Assembly (NCBI GenBank): GCA_965277405.1
Contig: OZ255726.1
Location: 1,088,001-1,152,000, forward strand
Direction: 5' to 3'
Length of the DNA: 64,000 nt
Source of the DNA: Gammaproteobacteria bacterium
Lineage (GTDB): Bacteria > Pseudomonadota > Gammaproteobacteria > G965277405
Part shown: positions 41,681 to 50,698 of the stretch, piece after piece
Position numbering within the stretch: position 1 is the stretch's first letter
Layout of the letters: the number at the start of each line of letters is the position of its first letter
The notes under the pieces: generated by a model
Database searches by the model: none
What the model was told of the DNA's origin: nothing
What the model saw: only the letters and a program-made list of their open reading frames with translations
Position numbers and translations under genes: made by a program

Positions 41681-41774
41681 CCGCCCCATGCGCGTGCTTG
41701 TTACCGGAGCCAACGGATTTGTCGGCAAGGCGCTTGCCGACGCGACGGCGAGGTTTTGGTCAGAGCTTCCTTAG
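41670..41774 (+). pseudogene. NAD-dependent epimerase truncated after ~27 codons
   Basis: MRVLVTGANGFVGKAL Rossmann start, then an IS5-like IR and a stop. Confidence 0.8.
41755..41770 (+). mobile_element. Solo IS5/MITE-type right inverted repeat
   Basis: TTTGGTCAGAGCTTCC followed by TTAG; last 11 nt identical to the IS5 IR. Confidence 0.7.
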
Positions 41775-41970
41775 ATCAACGGCGAAAGCTACAGGCTCAA
41801 ACACAGCCGTAAAACCGACTATAACCAGAACAGCTGGACTAACGGCCAGTAGGCGCTTTGGCATGCGTTAGCTATATGGAAAGCACCCACACCAAAGCGT
41901 CGCCTAACCTCAAAACTCAGTGGCTCCTTGTTACGCCGCGATCTGGACCTCTTTTAAGCCAAGATTGACA
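41775..41970 (+). mobile_element. IS21-family right-end remnant (istB 3' end plus IRR)
   Basis: Reads INGESYRLKHSRK (IstB C-terminal GESYR motif); then two TGG-led subterminal repeats ending ...TTGACA. Confidence 0.7.
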
Positions 41971-41992
41971 GCTAGGAACAATACGGTAGAAT
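41965..41992 (+). promoter_or_regulatory. Putative sigma70 promoter for the ABC operon
   Basis: TTGACA-N16-TAGAAT upstream of RBS AGAGGAG and ATG 42024. Confidence 0.6.
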
Positions 41993-42023
41993 CCTGATAA
42001 GCCAATTTAAAAGAGGAGTAAAT

Positions 42024-43046
42024 ATGACTGACTAAAACAAAAACCCGAAGAAACCTGCAAGGCGCGACTTCCTGAAGACCGTAGCGCTAGGATCTGTGGT
42101 GCTGGGTGCCGGAACGTTAGCACCAGAACTCGTGTCAAAAACCGCCAGCGTGGCATATGCCCAAGGTGGTGATAAGTTGAAGATGGCTTTTATCCAGTAT
42201 ATACCGCACACCGTGCCGGCTGCCTGGAGCAAGGGCATTGAAGATGTCCTGAATTCTCAGCCGACGATCGAGTATCAGTTGCTCGACGGTCAGGCTAAAG
42301 CCGAGGTTCAGGCGAGTTTGATGGATTCACTCATTATTAACGGTACCAACGTGATCTTTCTGCAGCCCGTTGATAGCGTGGCTCTGGGTCCGTCAATCGC
42401 TAAGGCGCGGCGCGCGGGAATTCCAGTGATCACACTCAACATTGATGCGCCTGAACTCCATGCTGCGCATGTGGAGATGAGTCACTATCTAGGAGCCAAG
42501 GACATTGCTAAATCGACGGGTGCGGCAATGGGTGGTACTGGTAAGGTGGCAATCCTGAATGCGCCTCCTGGACTGATTATCCGTGATCAGCGTGAAAATG
42601 GCTTTGTCGATGGCATGGTCGAACATCATCCCAGCATACAGATTGTAGCCAATCAGGTTGCCGACTGGTCGCGCAAGAAGGCGCAGGATGTATTCACCAC
42701 GATCCTGGCGGCAAATCCTGATGTGACAGGTGTTTATGGTATCAACGATTCCATGGCCCTTGGTGCCGTAGATGTTGCCAAGCAAAAGGGAATTCTTGAT
42801 AAAATTACCGTCTACGGCAACGATGGTGAGAAAGATGCACTGCAGTCGATTGAAAATGGCGAGCTCACCGGAACACAATATACTGACGTGTATCAGCAAG
42901 GCCGGTATGCAGCAGCCGCTGCCACGGTGCTTGCCAGTGGCGGTGTTTCGGCGCGTGATATCGGTAGACAGGGAGCCCTTTTGATGCCGTACATCATTGC
43001 GACGCTGGATACGGTAGGCCAGATCGGTCCAGCGCAACGCTGGTAG
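42024..43046 (+). pseudogene. Sugar ABC periplasmic binding protein (RbsB-like, Tat signal) with a nonsense codon at codon 4
   Basis: ATG ACT GAC TAA then in frame NKNPKKPARRDFLK continuing into the RbsB-like ORF (ADWSRKKA, GINDSMALGA, GNDG). Confidence 0.8.
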
Positions 43047-43075
43047 GTGTTCAGGTTGTTGTAATGTTACGAACG

Positions 43076-43107
43076 CGGGGCGTGTTTTACCGATAAATCA
43101 CGCCTCG
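43076..43107 (+). terminator. Stem-loop after the binding-protein gene
   Basis: CGGGGCGTG...CACGCCTCG. Confidence 0.45.
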
Positions 43108-43127
43108 GGCTTTGCAGGTTTGGCGCA

Positions 43128-44060
43128 ATGCACTTGATAAACAAAATACCCAACAAGGAACTCCTGTTCCTCTTAGTTGCCGCCGTTGTGATATTTTCGA
43201 TATTTGCAAATCGATTTTTGACGCCCTCGAACTTTGAGAACATTCTTACGGGTTATTCGTTTCTGGCAATTCTTGCCATCGGCCAGGGTCTGACCATCAT
43301 GGTTAGAGGAATTGATCTCAGCATCGGGTCGAACGTTGCTTTGGGGGCGATGGTGCTTTTCGATTTGACGATGATCCTGCAACTTCCAGGATATCAGGCA
43401 ATACCGCTTGCGACCTTGGCTGCCTATCGCGGAGCAGTTTATGCCATTTCGGGGCGGCAACTTTTCCCCGAACTGTCTTCAAAACCCATAACCGACCCAT
43501 GGATTCGTTATCTGGGTGATTTTATCGACCTAGGCGGTCTATTGCGGCTCGACGGTGTTGTGCAACTTCCCTGGATACCAGTTTCCTTTGTTGTGCTTCT
43601 TATCTTTGCCGCTGTCGTCCAGTTTGCGGTGTTTAGCACGCGCTGGGGGCTAAACCTGAGGACACTTGGGGGCAACGCGGAAGCCGCGCATCTTGCCGGT
43701 CTAAACACCAGCCTTCTGGAAATTTCAGCCTATGTTATTTGCGGCCTAGCGGCCGGGCTTGCAGCCGTCATCCTAGTTGGACGCTTCACGACCGCGACGG
43801 AGGCGCTTGGCAGCGGCATGGAACTAACCTCGATTGCTGCGGCCGTGATTGGCGGAACCAGGTTGCACGGTGGTGTAGGCGGGGTGTTCGGCCCGCTAAT
43901 TGGCGCCTTCCTGCTTGGTGTTATTTTGATCGGGTTGACGTTGATGGGCGTTTCGCAATTTATCCAGCAGATTTTGACGGGTACAATACTAATTGCAGCA
44001 GTTTCATATGATCGATTCCTCATTCATCGTTCGAAAAAGCGTGCTGGGGTGACAACATGA
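43128..44060 (+). CDS. Sugar ABC permease (RbsC-like), apparently with an internal in-frame deletion
   Basis: GIDLSIG, GGNAEAAHLAG, ELTSIAAAVIGG; G...G..NG segment missing. Confidence 0.8.
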   Translation: MHLINKIPNKELLFLLVAAVVIFSIFANRFLTPSNFENILTGYSFLAILAIGQGLTIMVRGIDLSIGSNVALGAMVLFDLTMILQLPGYQAIPLATLAAYRGAVYAISGRQLFPELSSKPITDPWIRYLGDFIDLGGLLRLDGVVQLPWIPVSFVVLLIFAAVVQFAVFSTRWGLNLRTLGGNAEAAHLAGLNTSLLEISAYVICGLAAGLAAVILVGRFTTATEALGSGMELTSIAAAVIGGTRLHGGVGGVFGPLIGAFLLGVILIGLTLMGVSQFIQQILTGTILIAAVSYDRFLIHRSKKRAGVTT

Positions 44061-45571
44061 TACCCTTTGCCCTGCAAGCGCTTGCGGTATCGAAGAAATT
44101 TGGCACTTTTGCAGCTCTGCAGCCGCTAGATTTTTCGATTGAGGTGGGGGAGGTGCGCGGACTGGTTGGCAGTAACGGTGCGGGAAAGACCACCTTCATC
44201 AAGGTGCTAACGGGTGCACACCGCCCGACAACTGGCACGATTTTGGTGGACGGGCACGAACTGCCGGACAATTCGACCGCTGCGCATCTGCACGCTGGTA
44301 TCGCATGCATCTATCAGCATTCCAGTCTGGCACCAAATCTGACAGTTCTTGACAACCTGTATTTAGGACGTCATCCATGCGGTATCCTTGGCATAATCAA
44401 TAGACAAAAATTGCGAGCGGATGGCCTTGCGCTTCTTACCGGTCATGGAGTGGATGTTGAGCCCGACGTGCTCGTTGAGACCTTGCCCACGGTCAAACAG
44501 AAACAAATCGAAATCCTCAAGGCCTTGGCACAAAATGCCAAAATAATCCTGATGGACGAACCGACAGCGTGGCTGTCACATGCGGAGGTAAAGCGGCTCC
44601 ACGAAACTATTGCCAGACTGCAAGCGCGCGGCATCGCTATTGTCTATATTTCCCATATGATAAACGAAATTTTTCAGGTCTGTGACAGTGTGTCGGTCCT
44701 GCGCGATGGAACACATGTTTGGACCGGCGCGGTCTCTAGTACGGATCGCCCTGAGTTGATACAGCATATGCTTGGTGAATCAGCTAGCAAACTCACCGGT
44801 CATTCCAGACCTCAGGACAGGGCAAAGCGTAACTCCGGTGCGGTGAAATTGTCCAGCAAGGGGCTTTGCCGTGCCGGGTATTTTTTTGATGTCAACTTCG
44901 ATCTGCATGCTGGTGAAATTTTGTGTGTTACCGGACTGATCGGAGCCAAGCGCACCGAACTTGTGCGTTGTCTATTCGGCGCAGACCGACCGGACAAGGG
45001 AACAATCGAGATCGACGGTGCACCGGTGCAAATCAGTTCACCCAGACAGGCAATGAACCTGGGCATCGGTTTCGTTCCCGAGGATCGTCACCGAGATGGC
45101 CTTTTTTTGACGCATTCAATCCGCGAAAACCTGGTTCTTGCCGCGCTTTCCAAGCTCAGCGATGGGCTGTTGATGAGGAGCCGTGTGTTTCGTGATGTAG
45201 CTGCACGCCAGGTCAAAAAGCTAAACATCGTACCGACCGATCCAGAACGGGTGGTCGGCTGGCTCAGTGGTGGCAACCAGCAGAAAATCCTGCTCGGCAA
45301 ATGGCTTGAAACCAATCCGTCGATCATCATTCTTGATGAGCCGACGGTCGGCGTCGATGTCGGCGCCAAGGCTGAAATCTACGCAATTCTTGATGAATTG
45401 AAGCGCCGTGGCGCGGCTGTTTTGGTTGTTTCGTCGGACATTGAGGAAGTTCAAGCGATTGCCGACAGAATTGCGGTGATGGCGGATGGGTGTCTTGGCA
45501 AGTGCTTTGAGGCATCGAGTGTTACACATGCGGAATTGATAGGCTTGATCAGCGGAAATGCGACCGCATGA
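44057..45571 (+). CDS. Sugar ABC ATP-binding protein (RbsA-like, two NBDs)
   Basis: GSNGAGKT, MDEPT, VPEDR, LSGGNQQK, LDEPT.GVDVGAK. Confidence 0.92.
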   Translation: MIPFALQALAVSKKFGTFAALQPLDFSIEVGEVRGLVGSNGAGKTTFIKVLTGAHRPTTGTILVDGHELPDNSTAAHLHAGIACIYQHSSLAPNLTVLDNLYLGRHPCGILGIINRQKLRADGLALLTGHGVDVEPDVLVETLPTVKQKQIEILKALAQNAKIILMDEPTAWLSHAEVKRLHETIARLQARGIAIVYISHMINEIFQVCDSVSVLRDGTHVWTGAVSSTDRPELIQHMLGESASKLTGHSRPQDRAKRNSGAVKLSSKGLCRAGYFFDVNFDLHAGEILCVTGLIGAKRTELVRCLFGADRPDKGTIEIDGAPVQISSPRQAMNLGIGFVPEDRHRDGLFLTHSIRENLVLAALSKLSDGLLMRSRVFRDVAARQVKKLNIVPTDPERVVGWLSGGNQQKILLGKWLETNPSIIILDEPTVGVDVGAKAEIYAILDELKRRGAAVLVVSSDIEEVQAIADRIAVMADGCLGKCFEASSVTHAELIGLISGNATA

Positions 45572-46497
45572 GCACTTTTGCGGACAAATTTTCCAGCCTT
45601 GCATTGCCTATTGCGGTTGTAGTAACCGCTCTTGTGTTTGGACTGGTTGAGCCAGCCTTTTTGTCGTCGGGAAACCTGACGGGCATCGTGCATCGTATGG
45701 CGACCATTGGCATTATGGCAGTTGGCATGACGTTTGTGATCATGACAGGCGGCATTGACCTTGCGGTCGGTCCTGTTATGGCGCTCGCCGGGCTTGCGTC
45801 GTATTTCTCACTTCAGGTCGGCATTCCCCTGCCATTGTCAATCGTGGTCGGCGTGTTGAGCGGTGCGGTTGTCGGTGCAATCAATGGCACAGCAATAGCG
45901 TTTTTCAGGTTGCCTGCGATAATTGTGACCCTTGGCATGTTGTCGATCGTGCGTGGCGTGGCGCTGACGATCGGCGGACCGACCCTCCACCAGATCAGCG
46001 ACCAACCTGCGTACACATTCATAGGTACAGGGTCGTTTTGCGGCCTTCCGGTTTCGGTGTTGATTTTTGCATTGCTGGCTTTGATTGCAGTGCTGGTCCA
46101 GAAATACACCATCTACGGCCTTCAGATTTCGACCCTTGGTGACAATGAAAGAGCGTCGGAACTGTCCGGTCGCCCCACCCGATTGCTGAAATTGTCAACA
46201 TATGTTGTGTGTGGAGTGACTGCAGCAATTGCGGGTATTATCGAGAGCTCACAAGTTTACACCGCGTCGGCGAACTTTGGTGAGTTTGGCACTGAACTCG
46301 ATGTGATTTCAGCCGTCATACTTGGCGGGGCAAGCATGTTTGGCGGAAAGGAGTATGTATGGAACACAGTGCTGGGTGTCCTATTTCTGGGTGTGATCAA
46401 TAGCGGGCTGAACATTTTGAACATTCCCGTGGATGTTCAGCTAATGGTCAAGGGCGCTATAATTGTTTTGGCGATCAGCGTTTCTTTGCATAAGTAA
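45568..46497 (+). CDS. Sugar ABC permease (RbsC-like)
   Basis: GGIDLAVG, GAINGTAI, IIVTLG, ELDVISAVILGG. Confidence 0.9.
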   Translation: MSTFADKFSSLALPIAVVVTALVFGLVEPAFLSSGNLTGIVHRMATIGIMAVGMTFVIMTGGIDLAVGPVMALAGLASYFSLQVGIPLPLSIVVGVLSGAVVGAINGTAIAFFRLPAIIVTLGMLSIVRGVALTIGGPTLHQISDQPAYTFIGTGSFCGLPVSVLIFALLALIAVLVQKYTIYGLQISTLGDNERASELSGRPTRLLKLSTYVVCGVTAAIAGIIESSQVYTASANFGEFGTELDVISAVILGGASMFGGKEYVWNTVLGVLFLGVINSGLNILNIPVDVQLMVKGAIIVLAISVSLHK

Positions 46498-46739
46498 CGG
46501 GAGGCTAGCATAGTGAGGTCCTGTCGATATAGTGCAGCCCTCAAATGTTCTGGCATTGTGGGTTATGCAACACTCAAATCTTCGAGGTGATACCAATGCA
46601 GAATTCCGACAGTTGTCTGGCTTGGAAAAAGATGCAAGACCATCGCATTAACATATTTTTTCATAGAAAATATCTGCATTCCTCATTACTCAGAAAATCA
46701 TCGTATGCGGAGTATCAGCAGGTCACAATCTTAGTTTTA

Positions 46740-46968
46740 GTGATGCTTTGTGAGGAAATTCCCGCTTGTGAACTCGATTGTTTGGCAGACCTCATACATT
46801 GGCAAGACCTGCGCCAACACCTGCGCATTGTGCCTAGAGACAATATCAGTATGGTTACAATATTTATTACCAACATGGTACAACTTAGCGGATGAAGCAG
46901 TGAGCCATGCAGTTGCTCGCGCTTTAGTTTGCATGAAGTTTGGTAATTTTACTCTTGCAGGCAGCTAA
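46740..46968 (+). pseudogene. Degenerate IS5/IS1182-type transposase N-terminal remnant
   Basis: Fragments ELDCLADLIHWQDLR and LET...QYLLPTWYNLADEAVSHAV resemble LQQWYNLSD of the IS5 transposase. Confidence 0.55.
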
Positions 46969-47045
46969 TGCGACAATGTGTGTCCGCTTGCGGAACAAGG
47001 TAAACACATAATCTTTTCAAAGCCCTCCTTAGCATTTACACTTAG

Positions 47046-47337
47046 GGAATCTCTGATTAAGTCCATAATGGGCAAGATTGAGAAAAACGCTTATGATAAC
47101 TAGACGCAGTGCATAGATAATGCTGGTGGTCTTGTGGGTGTTGCCACGCGCTGCTACGACGTTAGCACCGCTTTTTTCCCGTCGTTGTGTTGAATATACT
47201 TTGGGTTTGCTGTAGCGGTACTTGCTGTGTTGCATCCCTTGGCGTATATGCTACGGCATACGCTCAGCGGTTTGCGTCTTGCAATCATCAGCAATTACCA
47301 TCAAATTCGCTTCATCAGCGACTTAATCAGAGGTGTC
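47046..47337 (+). mobile_element. MITE copy 5 (~292 bp)
   Basis: TTAG|GGAATCTCTGATTAAG...CTTAATCAGAGGTGTC. Confidence 0.9.
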
Positions 47338-47695
47338 CTTTAAGGTATACAATGGAGCGGTGCGATAAGCTCCTATATCTTGTCTTCCTGCGCTAATACC
47401 TTGAATACCTTGCGACATTAGCAGACGGTTGTTTTGTCATGTTCTCTTCTGCCAAGACTCAGACAGCAAAAGCGCATGGGGGCAGGCCAGTCGCGATCTT
47501 GTTAGCTAAATTTTATCATCCACAAGGTTGTAGCGCAAGCTGAACACAGGTGACTTGAACATCAACACGCTGTCTATCGGCTTGCGTCCAATACGCGAAT
47601 TACGTTACTTATCGCCAGCTCTATCTAGCACAGGTCATAATTCATCTAGTAGCAACAGTTTGATTTAGACCTGTGGGTCTTTTTCTTGGATTGTA

Positions 47696-48262
47696 TTAGT
47701 AAATTAAATTCGCTCTGCGATTTAACTTCCACGCACCTTCATTATCAGCACTATCAACTGGTCGTAACTCACCATAACTGATTACATTAATATTTTTTTG
47801 CCGTACGCCACGAATACGTAAATACCTAGCTACAGCTTCACCGCGACGATTACCTAATGCGTTATTATATTCAATCGTGCCACGATCATCAGCATGACCT
47901 TCGATAGTTACTTCTAATTCCGGCTGTGCAAGCAAACGAGATAAAATCACTTCTGCATGCGCATCTAACGCTTCAAACGCAATTCCCTTGAGTTCATCTT
48001 GATCATAGTCAAAGTAATATGTTTTAACATCTAAAAGTTCAGCCGTTCTTCGTGATTCTTCACTTGCTTCACTTGCTTCACTTGCTTCAGTGGCAGCAGT
48101 TGCTTGTTCGGTTGGTGTTTCTTGCTGTAGTGTGGCTTCTTGCTCTACAGTTTCAGCAACACTACCACTATCTTCGGTGTCACTACTTTTTACTTGATTT
48201 TGCGCGCAAGCACTAATTCCAGCTAAAAACACAAAAAACAAAATGGTTTGCAGTATTTTCAT
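47696..48262 (-). CDS. pal: Peptidoglycan-associated lipoprotein (OmpA-like domain)
   Basis: Lipobox ISAC, YFDYD, EGHADDRGT.EYN.ALG.RR, SYGE.RP, NRRA. Confidence 0.85.
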   Translation of the reverse strand: MKILQTILFFVFLAGISACAQNQVKSSDTEDSGSVAETVEQEATLQQETPTEQATAATEASEASEASEESRRTAELLDVKTYYFDYDQDELKGIAFEALDAHAEVILSRLLAQPELEVTIEGHADDRGTIEYNNALGNRRGEAVARYLRIRGVRQKNINVISYGELRPVDSADNEGAWKLNRRANLIY

Positions 48263-48276
48263 TATATTTTTCCTAG

Positions 48277-48843
48277 TTAATATTTTAATTCAACTCGTCT
48301 ATTTTGCATCCAAGCAGTTTCGTCATTCCCTTTGACTGCTGGGACCTCTTCACCATAGCTTACAACACGTACTGCTGTTTTGGGAACACCTCGATGAACT
48401 AAATACGTACTTACAGCAGCAGCCCGTCTTTCTGCTAAGGCAATATTATAGCCTTTAGAGCCACGATCGTCTGTATGTCCTTCAACTATAACAACAAGAT
48501 TCGGGTTACTCAATAACGCATGTGTCATATTTTGCACATGAGCATCTAAAGTAGCGAATGCTTGTGGGCGTATTTGACTACTGTTCGTAGTAAATAAGAA
48601 TACACGCTGTTGTAAGTTTGAGTCTGAGCCGAGTAATTCTAGGGATTGTGTAATCAAATAATCTGTTGGACGGAGTTCATCATCAAAACCAAACTCAGAA
48701 CCTTGTGTAATGTCTTGTTCGGGAAAGTTTTGATCAGAAAAAAAGCTGTTGTTAGTATTGTCATCAACTGGAATAACAACTGCGCAACTCCCAATGGACG
48801 TCATCATAACAAAAAAAGCCAGTCGAATACTGGTGTCAATCAT
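48277..48843 (-). CDS. Second Pal-like OmpA-domain lipoprotein
   Basis: Lipobox IGSC, EGHTDDRGS..YN.ALAERRA, SYGEE.P, NRRVEL; start re-set to MIDT. Confidence 0.82.
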   Translation of the reverse strand: MIDTSIRLAFFVMMTSIGSCAVVIPVDDNTNNSFFSDQNFPEQDITQGSEFGFDDELRPTDYLITQSLELLGSDSNLQQRVFLFTTNSSQIRPQAFATLDAHVQNMTHALLSNPNLVVIVEGHTDDRGSKGYNIALAERRAAAVSTYLVHRGVPKTAVRVVSYGEEVPAVKGNDETAWMQNRRVELKY

Positions 48844-49062
48844 AACTATACTGCCATTGGCTTTGTGAACGAGAATATATTTTAACAAGATGCTTAAGTG
48901 TTCTGTAGTAAGAAAGCTGATTTCCTATACAAATTATAATTGTCAGGTAGGTTATTAGCATATTATTGTGTGAAACTCTAGGGAAAATGTAAATATCAAA
49001 ATCTGATAATCTCTTGGCAATAATAGTAGAAAGTTTACAAACTCTTGGCACTATACTAACAG

Positions 49063-49146
49063 GCCCGGATGGTGGAATTGGTAGACACTCAAGACTTAAA
49101 ATCTTGTGGACGTAAGTCCGTGCCGGTTCGAGTCCGGCTCTGGGTA
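49063..49146 (+). tRNA. tRNA-Leu(TAA)
   Basis: GCCCGGATGGTGGAATTGGTAGACAC, anticodon arm CAAGA-CTTAAAA-TCTTG, long variable arm, GGTTCGAGTCC; followed by TCA. Confidence 0.95.
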
Positions 49147-49355
49147 TCATTTTTTGTTGCAATAGTATGGGGTGCATCCAGATTAGTATGTAGTATTTTG
49201 CACAAAGGTTACAATTTTGAGCGTGTAGTTTGTGTGTAATCATTTATGAAAAAACACAGGCCCGCTTGTTGTGATGCGTTTAGAGCCGCTTTTTTTTATA
49301 AGCTTTAGCATTATGTGTGGTTTGTTTGTGTTGGCGCGGTTCAGTCGTCGGTTAA

Positions 49356-49634
49356 GAAACCTTTGATTAAGCCCATGATGGGCGAGACGGAGAAAAAAAC
49401 GCTGATAAAACTTAAGCGAAGTGCGCGCTAACGCTTGGTGGGTCTTGCCAAGTGCTGCAACGAGGCAGCGCAGCGTTTTTTCCCGTTGTTGTGTTGAATA
49501 TACTTTCGGTTTGCGGCAGCGGCACTTGCTGTGTTGCATCCCATGGCGTATATGCTATGCCATGCGCTTAGCGCCTTGCAATCCTCAGCAAATGCAGGCA
49601 AACTCGCGCCATAAGCGAGTTAATCAAAGATTAC
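49356..49634 (+). mobile_element. MITE copy 6 (279 bp)
   Basis: TTAA|GAAACCTTTGATTAAG...GTTAATCAAAGATTAC|ATAG. Confidence 0.88.
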
Positions 49635-49711
49635 ATAGGGCAGCGGTAATGCCTTGTAATCAACGCCAGTTCGATACAAACTTGGCGTATTTGCAATTAT
49701 TAATATATTAT

Positions 49712-50698
49712 ATGCAATACCCTCAAACTAGAATGCGCCGGCTACGCTCTGACGTATGGATACGGAAACTGGTACAACAAACATCGTTAAGCGTGCATGA
49801 CTTTATCTACCCTGTATTCGTCCACTATGACCCAAACCATCGTCAGCCGATTGCCGCGCTGCCTGGGATTGAGCGGATGGGTAATACAGTGTTGCTGCGT
49901 CATTTGCAGCCATTGGTACGGCAAGGGTTGCTGGCGATTGCAATATTTCCTGTTATTGATGCTAACAAAAAATCAGCAGATGCTGCTGAGGCTTGGAACC
50001 CTAACGGATTGGTGCAACAAGCAGTCGTTAGTGTTAAAAAGCACTTTCCTCAACTTGGGGTGATTACTGATGTTGCCTTGGATCCGTATACCAGCCACGG
50101 TCAAGATGGGCTCATGGATGCGCATGGATATATCGTCAATGACAGCAGTTGCGATGTGTTAGTGAAACAGGCGTTGTCGCATGCAGATGCAGGTGCTGAT
50201 ATAGTTGCACCGTCTGATATGATGGATGGGCGGATTGGGTTAATTCGCACTGCTTTGGAGGAACATGCGTATCCATTAGTTAAAATATTGGCATATAGTG
50301 CGAAATATGCATCAGCATATTATGGACCGTTTCGCGCAGCGGTTGGTTCAGTACAAAGCCTTGCTGGTGCTAATAAATCAACGTACCAAATGGATATCGC
50401 CAACAGTGCCGAAGCGCTAAAGGAAATTCAATTAGATATCGATGAAGGCGCTGATATTGTTATGGTAAAACCGGCGCTACCGTATCTGGATATCATTCAG
50501 TCGGCACATAACATATTTAAAACAACACCTGTGTTTGCATATCAAGTGAGTGGTGAGTATGCGCAACTCCAAGCTGCAATAGCCAATGGCTGGCTTGATG
50601 ATGCGGCTATTGTCGAAGCATGTATGGCGATAAAGCGTGCGGGGGCGAGTGCAATGTTGAGTTACTTTACTCCGAAAATTTTTTCATTGCTGGCGTGA
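49712..50698 (+). CDS. hemB: Porphobilinogen synthase
   Basis: RMRRLR, DVALDPYTSHGQDG, APSDMMDGR, MVKPA, AYQVSGEY; start re-set to MQYP. Confidence 0.96.
   Translation: MQYPQTRMRRLRSDVWIRKLVQQTSLSVHDFIYPVFVHYDPNHRQPIAALPGIERMGNTVLLRHLQPLVRQGLLAIAIFPVIDANKKSADAAEAWNPNGLVQQAVVSVKKHFPQLGVITDVALDPYTSHGQDGLMDAHGYIVNDSSCDVLVKQALSHADAGADIVAPSDMMDGRIGLIRTALEEHAYPLVKILAYSAKYASAYYGPFRAAVGSVQSLAGANKSTYQMDIANSAEALKEIQLDIDEGADIVMVKPALPYLDIIQSAHNIFKTTPVFAYQVSGEYAQLQAAIANGWLDDAAIVEACMAIKRAGASAMLSYFTPKIFSLLA

Noticed and set aside
40550-43037. Long antisense ORFs (40550-41161, 42489-43037)
   Set aside because: Shadow frames of GC-rich genes with clear family identity on the + strand.
49421-49711. N-terminal extensions of HemB (likewise YbiU from 33589, AccD from 8020, DUF599 from 10703)
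   Set aside because: Extensions run through MITE/IS or upstream-gene sequence; downstream ATGs give family-typical N-termini.
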